Shown in pieces: positions 27,002-39,048 of a DNA stretch of 64,000 bases. The stretch comes from Macrostomum lignano (lineage: Eukaryota). The stretch lies in the NCBI GenBank assembly GCA_002269645.1, contig NIVC01001216.1, forward strand, positions 124,001-188,000, in the 5' to 3' direction. The notes under the pieces are model-generated. The model did not search any database, was not told where the DNA came from, and saw only the letters and a program-made list of their open reading frames with translations. Both the position numbers and the translations under genes were made by a program. Every line of letters begins with the position of its first letter. Within the stretch, counting starts at the first letter, position 1.

Positions 27002-27657
27002 TATTTGCAACTATTTGCGACAACCCCTTAACGTACACACGCCCCAGGGGTACACAGCGTACACAGTGTCCTATATTACTCTCTGCTCATGACACTCCTC
27101 CCCTCGAAAAAAACTCGAACTTTCATGTCAGTATTATACGCATGCATTGCCAAGGCGTCACCGAAACAGTGAAATGCGGGTACTGTCAATTCAATATCCG
27201 ACGCTGGGGGCGCCTTGTAGTACCGTTTCGTCCCAATCGGATTCACTTGAAGTAGCTGGCGTTGTTGGCCGACCCGTCGGCTCCGCCGGAGATCTGAAAA
27301 GGAGGGCGCAGCAGCCTCAGCGATTCTCACGGTGCGAGCGTTCCCCAGATCGTCATCTGTTTCGGAATCACTTGTGTCTATGTCCGAGCTAGGTACGTAT
27401 ACATGTGTGGCTTTCCCTTTGCGATCACTTTCCTGTACTGTCGACTTTGTCTGTGATTGAAACCGATTGCTCTCTGGTGTCAGCTCCAAGCGGTTGTGGT
27501 GCCGGAATACCACCGCCTCCCTCTGGTGTGAGACGATACGTCCACCCGTTCCAGCCAACCACTCGGTACCTGCTCGAGCGAGACAAAATAACTGGCACAG
27601 ATTAGCACTCAATTTCATTCTTTCCTCCATTGTCATGGAACAATCTATAGTCTGCAA
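27002..27657 (-). mobile_element. Ty3/gypsy 3' end: integrase C-tail, PPT and first ~93 bp of LTR (inverted)
   Basis: LRRSRRV-type tail; polypurine tract GAGGGGAGGAG (27105-27095) followed by TGTCATG (27094). 27002-27075 is the reverse complement of 24836-24908. Confidence 0.8.
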
Positions 27658-28157
27658 ATTGAACTTTTGTCTGCAGAGTCTAGTGTCGAAGCGTCGGGAT
27701 TTGCACTAGAATCAGCCGGTACCGCTGTGGCACCCGCGCTAGGCCAGCATTGAGAAGACTCTGATTTTGCTTCAACTGACTACAGCAGTTGATTGGACGT
27801 TCTTGTCTATTTTTAACATGTCAGTTAATGACCGATCACGTGAACTTTATCAAAGCTTTTGCAGATTCTATAACTTCCTAGCACCTGATCTTAGCCACGT
27901 CAAGTAAATTTAAAAATGCAATTTTCATTGTACGCTAAGCAATAATTGGTCGAATATAATTTCCCTTAATAAAGTATAATACTCGCTTCGATTGTTATAG
28001 TATAGCAGAAAAGCAATAAAACATTTTTTGGGACATATTACATCGGAACTTGGTACGAAAACAATGTGAGAGGACCTCTTCCATATTAACATACGAGCTT
28101 GTGAGCTATAGCTATCATTACAATAGCTGAAATAAATCACGAAAATACAAAGACTTT

Positions 28158-31100
28158 TCAATCCATCTTTGTGGGAGTGTTCACACTGCCGTAGCCCTGA
28201 TGCCCCGGGACTGCCTCGTCCGACTTTGCCATCATCATTTGCTTCTCGTTGGAGGAGTCAGCAGCGATCTGGAAATAGTTAATTAATTAGAAGTTGATAA
28301 TGTGTTAGAAAGTAGTGTCAGAGTCGAAGACAGAAGGCTCAAATGTTTTACCAAACAATCTTTAACATGATTTGATTTTAATAATAAATGAGCCTAGAAA
28401 AATAAAATAAGGCTTGTGGGAACCCTGGTGACGTGGTCATCACGACCAGCCGGCGTTGAGGCGTTTCGATACACTCCTGACATCCGCGGATATTGTACGC
28501 AGGCACGCACTTACCAGCGTATGCACACGCTCACACAGGGTTGCATTGCGGCCCTAGGGGTTCGCCCTCAGGGGTGTGAATTGCACGACCCGCCGGTCAA
28601 TTTTCGTGCTCAAGCTTTTAAATTAACAACTTTCAAGAAAGAAGAGCAAAGTTGTTTCGTAAATGACGATTCAAAAGAGTCCAGGCAGATAGCAATGGAC
28701 TCTGAAATTAGTCCTTGACAGAGTACTGGTAGGTCCGTAAGAGATACACCCAGAAGAGGGATCCATGGGTGTGCTCAGGGAGTCGTCCAGTTGATTCAAG
28801 GACTTTAAACGACTCATTGGCCTTGATTAAACGAATTACACTGAAAGATACCTTCAGATGCCTCATAAACTTCAGTGCAGAAACGTATATCTGAACAAAT
28901 TTTGGAATGAGTATTAAATTCGACGGAAGAATCTTTCTTAACGAAAATACCTAAACAAGCTTTGAAACTATATTAAACACCATAGGTTGTAGCCTAATGG
29001 TTAGAGCGTCGGACTCACGACTTGAAGGTCGGGGGTTCGATTCTCGATCCCACTCGAAACAATTTGTGTCCTTGAGCAAGAACTTAACTCTGCATTGCTT
29101 CAGTTCACCCAGCTGTAAAATGGGTGCCAGCATTAGCTGGGGTAATTCTGGGTGTGTGGCGACCCCCCAGTCCTAGGACTGAACAGCCGTACGCAGCTTT
29201 CAGATGCGCCGTGCAATAGCTGCGGCTGAGCTGTCGGTTGCACATCTGCCTTATTGGGGCAGGTGTAGTCAACAATTACTATATTATTATTATTATTATT
29301 AGGCACCATACATGTTTTCTATATATGAAGCTAACATCTTTCAACTGAAATTAGAAATAGCTAAAACCTACGAGGTATTAAAGCGCATTATTTCAACTAC
29401 GTTTACCTGCTGAGGCGACCGCGTCTGCGCCAACGGCATAGCCTTGGTCTCTATGGGGAGCAGTGCGGCATTGAGAGTGGCCAGCGCCAACAGTCCAGAG
29501 AAGATGAGCAGCCCGCCGAGCAGAGACACCCGGGTGATGAAAATCTGGGCCACATAGGGCACCAGAATTGAGGCGATCCGGCTGAATGACGAGTGAAAAC
29601 CCACTGCAGTTGATCGCAGAGACGTCGGGTAAGCCTCCAGAACGTACAGCCAGACCACATCGTAGCCGCTGGCTATAAAGAAGCGAATGACAAAGAACAG
29701 AACGATTCTAGCGGAGCTGTCCATGCAGCAGCTCAGCAGGGGAATCAGGATGGAGGCCAGACAGAATGCGATCGCCATGATGAGACGGCGACCGAGGAAG
29801 CGTTCGATAATAAAAGCGTTTACAAGCGCAGTGACGAGGTCGGCCATTGTAGGAATCTGAAATATGGCAGAGTAGTGGAGTTCTGCAATTTTTCTGAGTT
29901 TTTTTAAGATAATAATAATGACAATGTTGAAAAAGGATTGTGGGCGTCGTTCTAAGATCACAACTCTCCTCATTCCGCTGACCCTGAGCACATACGAGCC
30001 GTATACACGCTCACACAGGGCCAACCCGCACAACCCGCCGGTCAATTTTTGTACACACAAGCCCCAACTGAATGCGGGAATGTGGGAATCGAACCATGTG
30101 GTCGTGGCGTGAGAGTTCAAGACGTGTTTATCACTGAGCTAATCTCCCTCACATGCTACGACCTTGGAATTTTTCGTCTTGAAAGACGCTCTGACGACGT
30201 CTTTCGTCGTAAATTTCAAGCTTCCCACTTTAGCTCTTTTATGATACATTACATCTAAAAAAATATATTACATTATAACAAATACTCTCGTTCCCGTATA
30301 ATCAGAAGCCATTAGTTCCCCCGAATTAGCTGTGTGTAACCAGCTAGTAGTTTTTAAGTAAAAGAACAAACTATAACATATTTCAGAGTAAAATCAGGGG
30401 GGCCGTAGCCCAGCGGTAGCGCAGGCTCTGGTATGCCAGCGACCCAGGCTCGATTCCAAGTGCAGTCACATTAATTTGGGGATGAATTGGAATCTCGACT
30501 TGGCTCTGCTCGTGCAATTAACGGCCTTGAGAGCCACCCCCCAAGGCGCAGTGAAGTGTACATGCCAAAGTTAGGGCCGCTGTACACTCCTGTGTGAGTG
30601 TGTGCCTGTGCGTATGACTGTGTACGTATCCGCGCGCTTGTGTGCCTTCTCAGGGGAGTCGGCGGAATGGGCAGCAATGCCTCTCGCCGGTTGTGTGCCT
30701 ATGTCGCTTAAAGTGCGCCAGGGTGCACACAACCCCCACCTCTAAAAAAGAGTAAAATCGGAGATAAACTACGAGCTACATATATTCTATTGTTGATCTG
30801 CTGCGACCGAAATGCGCATTCATTATTTTCTCAGGTCGGCCTCGTTTGATAGCGTAGTGAACAAGTCTTCAAGCGGCAACGCACCAGCATTTCGATATAG
30901 TTGAACGGCGAGCAGCTGTGGCAGGAGCGATCGAGCCCCGGCTGCCAAGGAGAAGCTCTAGTCACATTTGTGGCAGAGTCGGTCAGCACGCAGCGTTCAT
31001 GGAGTAGGAGCGGCACCTGCACGTTGAGCAGGATCATTCCGTAGTAGTTGAACCCACCCACAAACGAAATAAAGGCCAGCTGCAGACTCAGTCGCAGGTA

Positions 31101-34100
31101 GGTATCTGGCCGAATCAGCTCGGATATTCTGCCGTTCTTCTGCTTGCCCTGCAGCAGATCTGTTACGGTGAAGTCGCCCAGGTAGCGGGGCTGCGAATTC
31201 ATGTCGGCCATTTTGTTCAACGCCTGGCGAGTTTCTGCTAGGCGGCCCTGTAGAAATTTTGACAAGAAAATATTTACCTTGTCTATTTTTCCTTTTTTGG
31301 GCTGTGTTGTTTGCGTTCAATTTGGACAAATACTCGTACGGTATCGGGAAGCCAGGGCCACTTGACCAAATAAACAGCATGCTGTTAGCTCTAGGGTTAA
31401 ATTGGATGGTTTTGCACACTTTTGAGCAAGTTTTCGCCAGTGTACGTCTCTTCAGAGAGCCATAAGTAATTTGACTATGGACACTGTATTCTAATTTCTT
31501 TAGTATTGCTGATCAAGCCACGAAAGTGAGCAAACCTCTACTGCTGGGCATCCTCAGCTAGTCTCCCAAGCATTCGGCCGTCATCCAGACGCCGTCGGCC
31601 CCTTCAACGGGTGACACCAGGCGATTATAGACACGTTGTTGCAGCTAGGTCAGATTTTTCTTATCAAGCTTCAATAATGGACAAACCTCAACTGCTAGGT
31701 GTACTTATCTAGTTTCCCTAGTACCGCAGTTTGTGCCTCACTGTGTTCACTAATGTACGAAGTGAGAAATTTATGAAAAATTTAGAACCTACACAAATTG
31801 AAGCGCAACTTAGTTGCTCTCTAAAGTTAAAAAGTGATTCTTACTTTTTAATCGAACACTTCTTACTCCTGATTTCACGACTGTCGAACCTACCTGAAGC
31901 AGACTCTGCCTAGGAGACACGGGCAGCCACAGCAGCCAGGGCAGACTTAGAAAAAGCATTGGCAGGGCCGTGACCACGGCCAGGTATCTCCAGCCGTGCT
32001 GCAGATCGAGCAGCAGCCAGGCGAACCCGATCTCCACGAGGCCACCCAGGCACCACAGTCCCTGCGTTATGAGAATTGCGATCCGAGTAGGTCAGATATT
32101 CCTACTCGATACTCGACAATGAACACTGATACGAGCTCTTACTTTGAAAATTTACTAGGGAAGTAGACAGGGCTATAACCAAGGTTTTTTTTATTTTAGG
32201 GCCGCATCTTTGGGGAGCGCCATCCAGTACCAGCGGCGCCACCTTGGGTCCGCCATTGTGGGAGCACCATCATGGGGCGCCAACACACCTGTGAGTAGCC
32301 AGGTGGCAAGTGGGGCGGACCCCTTCCCCAAAATCGGCTGGGAAAAGTCAGCTAGTGCTGCTAGTGCTGGCAGCCACGTACGTGAAAGTGGTGTTCCTTC
32401 AAGTGAAACAGCTACAAAGAAACGTATCGTATCGAGGTGTGGCCAAAAAGTAACGAGAATTGCTGCTTAAATCTGAAAATGCAAACTTCTACTAAAATTA
32501 ATCGATGTCTTCTTGAAGCCCAGCTTCTCAGCTTTTATAGGAAGCAGTATTGTGTCGAAGTGTTTTGGTTTTCATAATTTTAAAATTATTTTTCATTATA
32601 GCTGTCACACTGCTGTGTTACAAAATAAACAATGAGCAACTAATCAACATCAAGTTTTTGGTGAAACTCGGCAAGAAGCCATCGGAATGCCTCCAGCTGC
32701 TTTGTGCTTTGACATAGAGATGATGCTATGTCTCAGGCAAGGGTGTATTAGTGGCACAAGCGATTCCGGGAGATGGGAGAGCGTCAAAGATGGTGACAAA
32801 GTTCCTCACTGACGATCAGAAGCAGCTGCGATTGGTCATCGGGACATTGAGACAGTTTTGGGCCAAAAGACTGGTCGCAGAGTTGAGCCATCCACCTTAT
32901 TCACTAGATATGGCGCCGTGTGATTTCTGGCTCTTTCCCAAGGTGAAGCAGGTTCTCAAAGGATCCAGATTTGAAGACTTGGATGCCATCAAGGAGAGTG
33001 TGACAGGGGTGCTGAGGGGCATCATGAAGGAGGACTTCCAGGGCTGCATCAGGAGCTGGCACCAGCAATTGAGGCGATGTGCTGAAAGTGGCGTCAATTA
33101 CTTTGAAGGATGCAGTTGACTTTGCATTTTATGTTCTGAAAGTTTTTGTAGCTAAATTCTCGTTACTTTTTGGCCACACCTCGTACCAACTCTATATTCG
33201 CATTGAAAATTCAGAAGGCAAGAAAGTAGACAGCATCAATCTTGAGACAACAGACTCAAGGATTGACAGACAAAAGACGGATGATAGATAAAAGACACGG
33301 GAGAGTGACAGACAACAGACACGGGAGAGTGACAGACAACAGACACGGGAGAGTGACAGACAACAGACACGGGAGAGTGACAGACAACAGACACGGGAGA
33401 GTGACAGACAACAGACACGGGAGAGTTGCAGACAAAATACATGGGTGAGTGACAAACAAAAACGGAAGTCTACCAGTGGTTTTGGATGCTGGATGCGATC
33501 CTGTCGCCTAGACGAGGAAATAACTGCATTTCGACTCTCACCTGAAACACAAACCAGGTCATGCCTCGAGTGTCCGAGGTCATGAACTCGCTGAACATTG
33601 CGGACGTTAGTGGCTGCACTCCGCCAATGCCGGTGCCAACTAGGAAGCGGAGAATCACCACCCAGATCACATTGGGAGCCAGAGCAGTCAGGAAGCCGTA
33701 GACAGCAATGAAGCCCATGCAGACTGCAGTGACGGAACGGCGGCAGTGCTTATCACCCATCGGACCCCACAGATAGGCACCAACGAATAATCCAATAAAT
33801 GTAGCCGATGTGATGAACGATTTCCAATAGTCGCTGATCCACCAGACGCACTGCAGTCGCTGGCTCACCAAGCTGACGTACTGGATTTCCAGCATATCGC
33901 TGGCCTGAACAAAGCCGCACAAAATGAGCACAGCTACCTGAAATGATATGGAATAACGCTCGTAATATTATTAAATGCCTCCTTTTAGTGTCCTACAGAC
34001 CCTGTCTTAAAAGCCCGCGGGGGGGGGCAGAAGGCTAGTCCACGATACTAAAAGACTCTGTCTGCTTTCACTCTTTAAGCCGAGAGCAGTTTTTTAGAGC

Positions 34101-34647
34101 AAATTAGCAGTCTGTTTACTTTCTTGACCTGCCTAAAGATCACTGGAAGCTGGTACATTTTTCTTAGGTTTATCGAATTTTATTTCCCAACAGCCTTTCT
34201 CTGGAAACCGAATTAACACCCTTTCCTATCTCTTTAAAAAAGTTTTCTTTTCGAGTTTTTCGACGAGTATGCCTGTTTTAAGACTATTGTGGTGAACTGA
34301 ATTTTGTGGAAAAACCCTGTTAAAAACGCATACACGTCCCATACTGTGTTTGTTCTACTAGAAGTAACTTGAAAATTGTATAAAGCTTCGGTATACGATG
34401 AAGAGAGGTAATAGGTGAAGATGGTAACGTTAAAGAGGGTAAAGAAGGTGGAGACGGTAAAAGTGAGGAGAAGATAATAAAAGTGCTTAAACCTGCAAAT
34501 AAGTACAGAATAGTTGCGGTTTTTGGCCAAAAATTCCCTAAATCGGGAGAAAAAGTCCAAAAAAGCGATTGCTCCTACCTGAAACCAGCCGAATCCTATG
34601 TCGTCAATCACCGTATCCACAGTCTTCATCGTTGCCTCATCGCTCAT
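28158..34647 (-). CDS. SVOP/SV2-related MFS transporter (paralog D), 6 exons, ~518 aa
   Basis: Exons 34647-34579, 33937-33542, 32061-31894, 31247-30885, 29856-29407, 28268-28158. GT-AG, phase 0, open. Introns are expanded by SINEs, mariner and a minisatellite. Confidence 0.9.
28428..28620 (-). mobile_element. Degenerate SINE fragment related to 29955-30145
   Basis: Shares cacacgctcacacaggg and acccgccggtcaatttt blocks with 29990-30050 in the same orientation. Confidence 0.45.
28984..29300 (+). mobile_element. tRNA-derived SINE family A (CORE-like centre), full-length
   Basis: A box TAGCCTAATGG (28990), B box GGTTCGATTC (29034), central CCTTGAGCAAG...ACTTAAC...CAGCTGTAAAATGGG similar to CORE-type SINE domains, (TAT)n tail; five copies in the window. 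Confidence 0.85.
29955..30145 (-). mobile_element. tRNA-derived SINE, relative of family B
   Basis: Minus strand reads TAGCTCAGTG (A box) ... GGTTCGATTCC (B box); shares ctgtgtgag.gtgt and gcggaatg blocks with family B. Confidence 0.55.
30396..30748 (+). mobile_element. tRNA-derived SINE family B, full-length, with 11-bp TSD
   Basis: A box TAGCCCAGCGG, B box GGCTCGATTCC, short A tail, TSD AGAGTAAAATC at 30385-30395 and 30749-30759. Confidence 0.9.
32433..33183 (+). mobile_element. Mariner (Tc1/mariner) deletion derivative in intron 2 of paralog D
   Basis: ~30-bp TIRs CGAGGTGTGGCCAAAAAGTAACGAGAATT / AATTCTCGTTACTTTTTGGCCACACCTCG, TA-flanked. Remnant HPPYSLDMAPCDFWLFPKVK (mariner YSPDLAP-D motif) and N-terminal IKFLVKLGK. 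Confidence 0.92.
33290..33440. repeat. 24-bp minisatellite (gacaacagacacgggagagtgaca), ~6 copies
   Basis: Direct tandem copies. Confidence 0.95.
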
Positions 34648-35279
34648 AACGGCCCTATATCCACTTTTACTTGTATTGACTAGCAGATTTATACTGTCAC
34701 AGCTTTAATGTTTCTTTTGAAAGCGTATGAAATATATGGTATGGTGAGTGCTATATATTTTATTCGCTTTAGAGTAGCTATTGTTCTGAAAAGCGCGCGA
34801 ATTCACTGTACAAATGCTCGAACTTGGACGGTCGCTTCGCATAGTACAGCCCGAACATCACTGCGTCCACTGCTCGCAGTCTGTTTTTCTCTCTTTTTCT
34901 GTCTCCGCCTCTGTTTACTCGGTACGAGCGTCTCTCCTGAAAGCATTTTATTTTATTGCGCCTTCTTTTATTAACGTTTTGAGCTGCAACCCGTACGCGC
35001 TCAAAAATTGCTCGACTCATTCAGCTGTCTTCAATTCAGGTTCGAATTTCTGTCGGGCAACCCCCACCCCCACGTCAAAAGAAAAGAAAAAACATAGATT
35101 TGCTTAGCACAAGCTCGTGGGATGCTCAAAACGTGCGTGAGCATATACAAGCAAGCCCTTTTCAGGTGTTACTTGTACTACAACTAATTGCTATATTAGC
35201 AGTTATTTGACTATTATTATACTACAATAAAAACATTACATAATTTGTGTAAGCAAGCCTTAAAATCTCAGCAACTCAC

Positions 35280-35610
35280 CCCGTAAGCCTCGAAATCTCA
35301 GCAATTCATCCAGTAAGCCTCGACATCTTAGCAATTCTTTCGAGCAAACATCCCCCGATAACAACCCCCCCCCCAAATAGCAAGCACCCGCCAGATAGCA
35401 AGTATCCCCCAGATAGCAAGTATCCTTAGATAACAACCCCCCCCAAATAGCAAGCACCCGCCAGATAGCAAGTATCCCCCAGATAGCAAGTATCCTTAGA
35501 TAACAACCCCCCCCCCAAATAGCAAGCACCCGCCAGATAGCAAGTATCCCCCAGATAGCAAGTATCCTTAGGTAACACCCCCCAAATACCAAGCACCACC
35601 AGATTGCAAG
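35280..35610. repeat. Compound tandem repeat (~67-bp unit built on agatagcaag subunits)
   Basis: ccccccaaatagcaagcacccgccagatagcaagtatccccagatagcaagtatccttagataacaa repeated 3-4 times, preceded by shorter ctcagcaa...taagcctc repeats. Confidence 0.9.
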
Positions 35611-35675
35611 CTAGTAAAACAATTTCCTCAGCTAGTGCAATAATCCTTTTCTCATTTAGTGCAATAAATTATAGT

Positions 35676-35697
35676 CAGGGAAGCCTCTATGGTCGCT
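35676..35697 (+). mobile_element. Solo terminus of the P/THAP element
   Basis: CAGGGAAGCCTCTATGGTCGCT is identical to the TIR start at 22401. Confidence 0.7.
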
Positions 35698-36313
35698 TCG
35701 CGGGTAGCTTAGCGAGCCAATAGGATTTCCTGATACAGTCAACAAGTCAAGAACAACTTAAAAAGTTTCATTGCTTTAAGTACTAATCAACACCCATGCT
35801 TGGCGAATGTAGTCATTGATAATTGTACAAATATTCTTTTTGACTGCAATTTTTGCATAGCTACTGGTAATTCAAATTTTCTTACATGTTGGTAAGTTGA
35901 GTGCCATTCCGGAGTACATATGTTAAAGTTTAAAATTGTAGCTCTCAATTAACGCTCGAATTAGTAGATTCTCCTGACTAAGGCCCAAGAGGATCAACTA
36001 AGCATGTTAGTTAGCTTGTTAGTTAAGTGAAGCAAGTCGGCACGTGCAGGAAAAGATAACTTTCTGGTTGAAAATCCTCTCGATGGGTGGCCAAGTTAAC
36101 AAAAAATACACCAGAACTGAGCTGTAAATTTTATCTTGGCGAAGGCTATACGCCGGATACCATGCAATCCATTAATTTCATCCAAAGGTCCCTAAACAGG
36201 CAATAAATATTCATATGTCTATCGCGCATTTCCAGTCTAGTCTAAAATGATTTATAGACTGAATTAGTGCTTTAGCCGAAATTATGTATCAATACATGTA
36301 CGTACCTTGTAAT

Positions 36314-36560
36314 GAAGCTGAGCATCAAAACTGAAAGATATCATGGTATGTTTAGCATGTTATGTTAGCTATGAGGGGCTGTAGCCTAGTGGTTGGAGCG
36401 TCGGACTCACGTCTGAAAGGTCGGGGGTTCGATTCTCAACCTATACTTGGAAACAATTTGTGTACTTAATTCTGCATTGCTTCAGTTCACCCAGCTGTAA
36501 AATGGGTGCCAGCATTAGCGGGGGTAATTGAGGATGTGTATTAGGGAGGGGGGTTTTTAT
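36314..36560 (+). mobile_element. SINE family A, 3'-truncated
   Basis: TAGCCTAGTGG A box, GGTTCGATTC B box, cacccagctgtaaaatgggtgccagc core. Confidence 0.85.
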
Positions 36561-38364
36561 ATTATTAATATTATTAGCATACCACTTTTTGTACACTTTA
36601 TAGACAGATTCTGACTAAACTTCGGGGATAAACTTATAGATGTATGTACTAATTTAACCATTCTTAGTACACTGTGTCTATAGGACATATCGGAAATTTC
36701 CCATGGAACCAGCTAATTTATGGTTCCCATTTCTGCCTCACTGTAAATACTGCATATTCTAATTTTAGCTAGCTATATATTTTGCTTTAGTTTACATGTA
36801 CAGCATGTTCACTGAAATTTAGATTTTTTCAAATAAACTCGAATTTAGCAAGTCGATCGTTGTCTTAAATAAGTTCAAGCCATGCGGAGACTTAATTACA
36901 TGTACGTAGTCTCTTTTTTGTGGCTTACTGCGATATAATGGCTAGTTTAATTCTACTGTGTATAATGGTGACAGCTCTAAGAATTTAAAAAGTTTTGTAC
37001 GAGCGTAATTTAATTGACCACTCAGAATTATGCAGAAGATGACATTAGGAAAGAGTTTGAAAATTGTAAAAATGTACAGCCGTAGTGCTGGTAGAGCTGG
37101 TAGAACAATTCAGGGAATTGAAGCAAGTGTCGCGTACGGCATTGTCTATTAGTTCGTGACAAACCCAATTTTGCTACTAAACCGTCCCATCTTTAGTTGC
37201 ACCGTTTCCGCTACAACGATCAAAATTGTATTCATTCTATTTTTTCTGTTTCTTCAGATCAGATCGGATGAACTCAAAGGCCCTGTCTCAGACTATAATT
37301 CTAAACCCGTCCTTCCTTGCAGACGGGAGAAAGGAGCTGCATGGTCAGAAATTGCAGTCTAGAGTATAAAGCTTCGCAAGAAGAAGAGGAAGCCATGCAG
37401 AGCTGCATTAGCAAAAAATCTCTGCTATAAAGGCCGCTTTGACGTTCGAACGAATTCGCAGTGCTACATTACAGGGGCGTGGCTAGATAAGACCTTTGCA
37501 CAGGCTTTTCTAAGCCCACATTTAGCTCAAGATCGACAGCAATTTGCCAGCTACAAATGAGAGCATTTCTTTGCTGCTTTAAAGCAGTGACAGGCGCAAG
37601 ATTTAAAGCATTTCATCAGAGCACTGTCATTTGTCTACATATCTTTGAGTCTTTCGGTCGAAGATTACCCATCTAGACGTCGATTCAGATAGGCAATGTT
37701 CTATCATCAGCGTGATAGAACGGCCGTTGCTAGAGTACATTTAAACACGATTGAAAAGTTTTTAAATGTTTCGGTTTAGAAATGACGTATAAATGGTTTA
37801 CCATAGACAAACCAACGAGATGGATAGACATGGCTAGCGGAGATAACTCATTATCCGGTGGAGATAAGGCGTTATATTCGGGTCGCACTGCATGCCGTGG
37901 ATTACATAAAAAGAATCGTCTGATACTAGGAGATGAGCTATAGACAGAATCTCCTCGTATCAGGCGATTCTTTTTTATGTTCCCGCTCATTTTGGTTTAT
38001 ATTAGCTAAACTGCACTCAATAAACTCTCGCCCTTGTATACAGAAAGTACATTTGACTGGCCTGGTCCCAACACGCGGATATTTTACTCAAGCTCAGCGC
38101 CTTCCCTTTTTCCAAGCCTCTTTCCGAGCAGATCAACATGGCCATGGGTAACTTGTATTATTAATGATATGAAGTCTCGAGCTCAAAGCAGAAATTCACC
38201 ATAGCTCAAATAGCCGGGCCTTGCTAAAAGTGCACATAGCAAGTAGTTGTTATTTTGTATGAAGAATTCTTTTGCTGTATCAATAAGGCTTTAATACGGA
38301 CTATGTAGAATGAATGATTTAAAAATCATTTCTAGATTGTTGAGCTATCGTATCAGATTGTCAC

Positions 38365-38640
38365 AGACATTTGTCACAGTTAATGTCACTTGGCACACTT
38401 GTGTCACTTGTCCCACTGGTGTCACTTGTCACAATAGTGTCCCTTGTCACACTAGTGTCACTTGTCACAATAGTGTCACTTGTCAAACTGGTGTCACTTG
38501 TCACAATAGTGTCACTTGTCAAACTGGTGTCACTTGTCACAATAGTGTCACTTGTCAAACTGGTGTCACTTGTCACACAATTGCGTCGCTTGTCTCACTG
38601 GTGTCTCTTGTCGAAGTTGGGGTCTCTTGTCACACCATCT
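38365..38640. repeat. GTGTCACTTGTCA-based minisatellite (18/36-bp period)
   Basis: Direct tandem copies; source of the TSDT/VTCH pseudo-ORFs. Confidence 0.93.
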
Positions 38641-39017
38641 TGTCACAATATTTATATATAAACATTTAGCGCCTACAGCCAATTTGCGAAAAAGCGGGGC
38701 CTAAGAATTCAGCTCTGAGTCACTTGGCGGACAAAAATCTTCTATTACCAATTAGGTTGACCTAGAAAATCGCAACCATTGTAACGATATATAATCCTTT
38801 TTTGATAGATTTTGAGCGAACAGTACATGTATTTCTAAAGTGTACCGTACTGCTCTCTACTCTACATATATCCATATGTCTCCTCTATACTCTCCTCTCT
38901 CCTCTCTTTCACTCTCCTTTTCATTCCAGCCGTATAGTCGAACCCCAAGCCAAATCTCCGGGCATATGGGTGTACATTGAGTGTACGGACCACGACGGAG
39001 AAGAGTCAGGGACGGGA

Positions 39018-39048
<31 letters not shown>

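Noticed and set aside
24836-27075. Inverted repeat as TIRs of a DNA transposon that captured gypsy sequence
   Set aside because: The repeat is continuous with a PBS on one side and a PPT on the other, so it is LTR sequence.
28984-29060. tRNA gene (also at 30398, 36314, ~39325)
   Set aside because: A/B boxes are present but no complete cloverleaf; each runs into a repeated SINE body or is degenerate.
29368-30120. 250-aa ORF as a stand-alone transporter gene
   Set aside because: Only 29856-29407 is exon 5; the upstream part is intron and SINE, and the C-terminus is intron read-through.
33192-33459. Repetitive Cys/Val ORFs in four frames
   Set aside because: 24-bp tandem repeat inside an intron.
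34234-34578. Hydrophobic continuation of the paralog D first-exon ORF
   Set aside because: It follows the conserved FQ|GT donor and is AT-rich intron.
38310-38669. VTCH/TSDT repeat ORFs
   Set aside because: Minisatellite translations, open in several frames.
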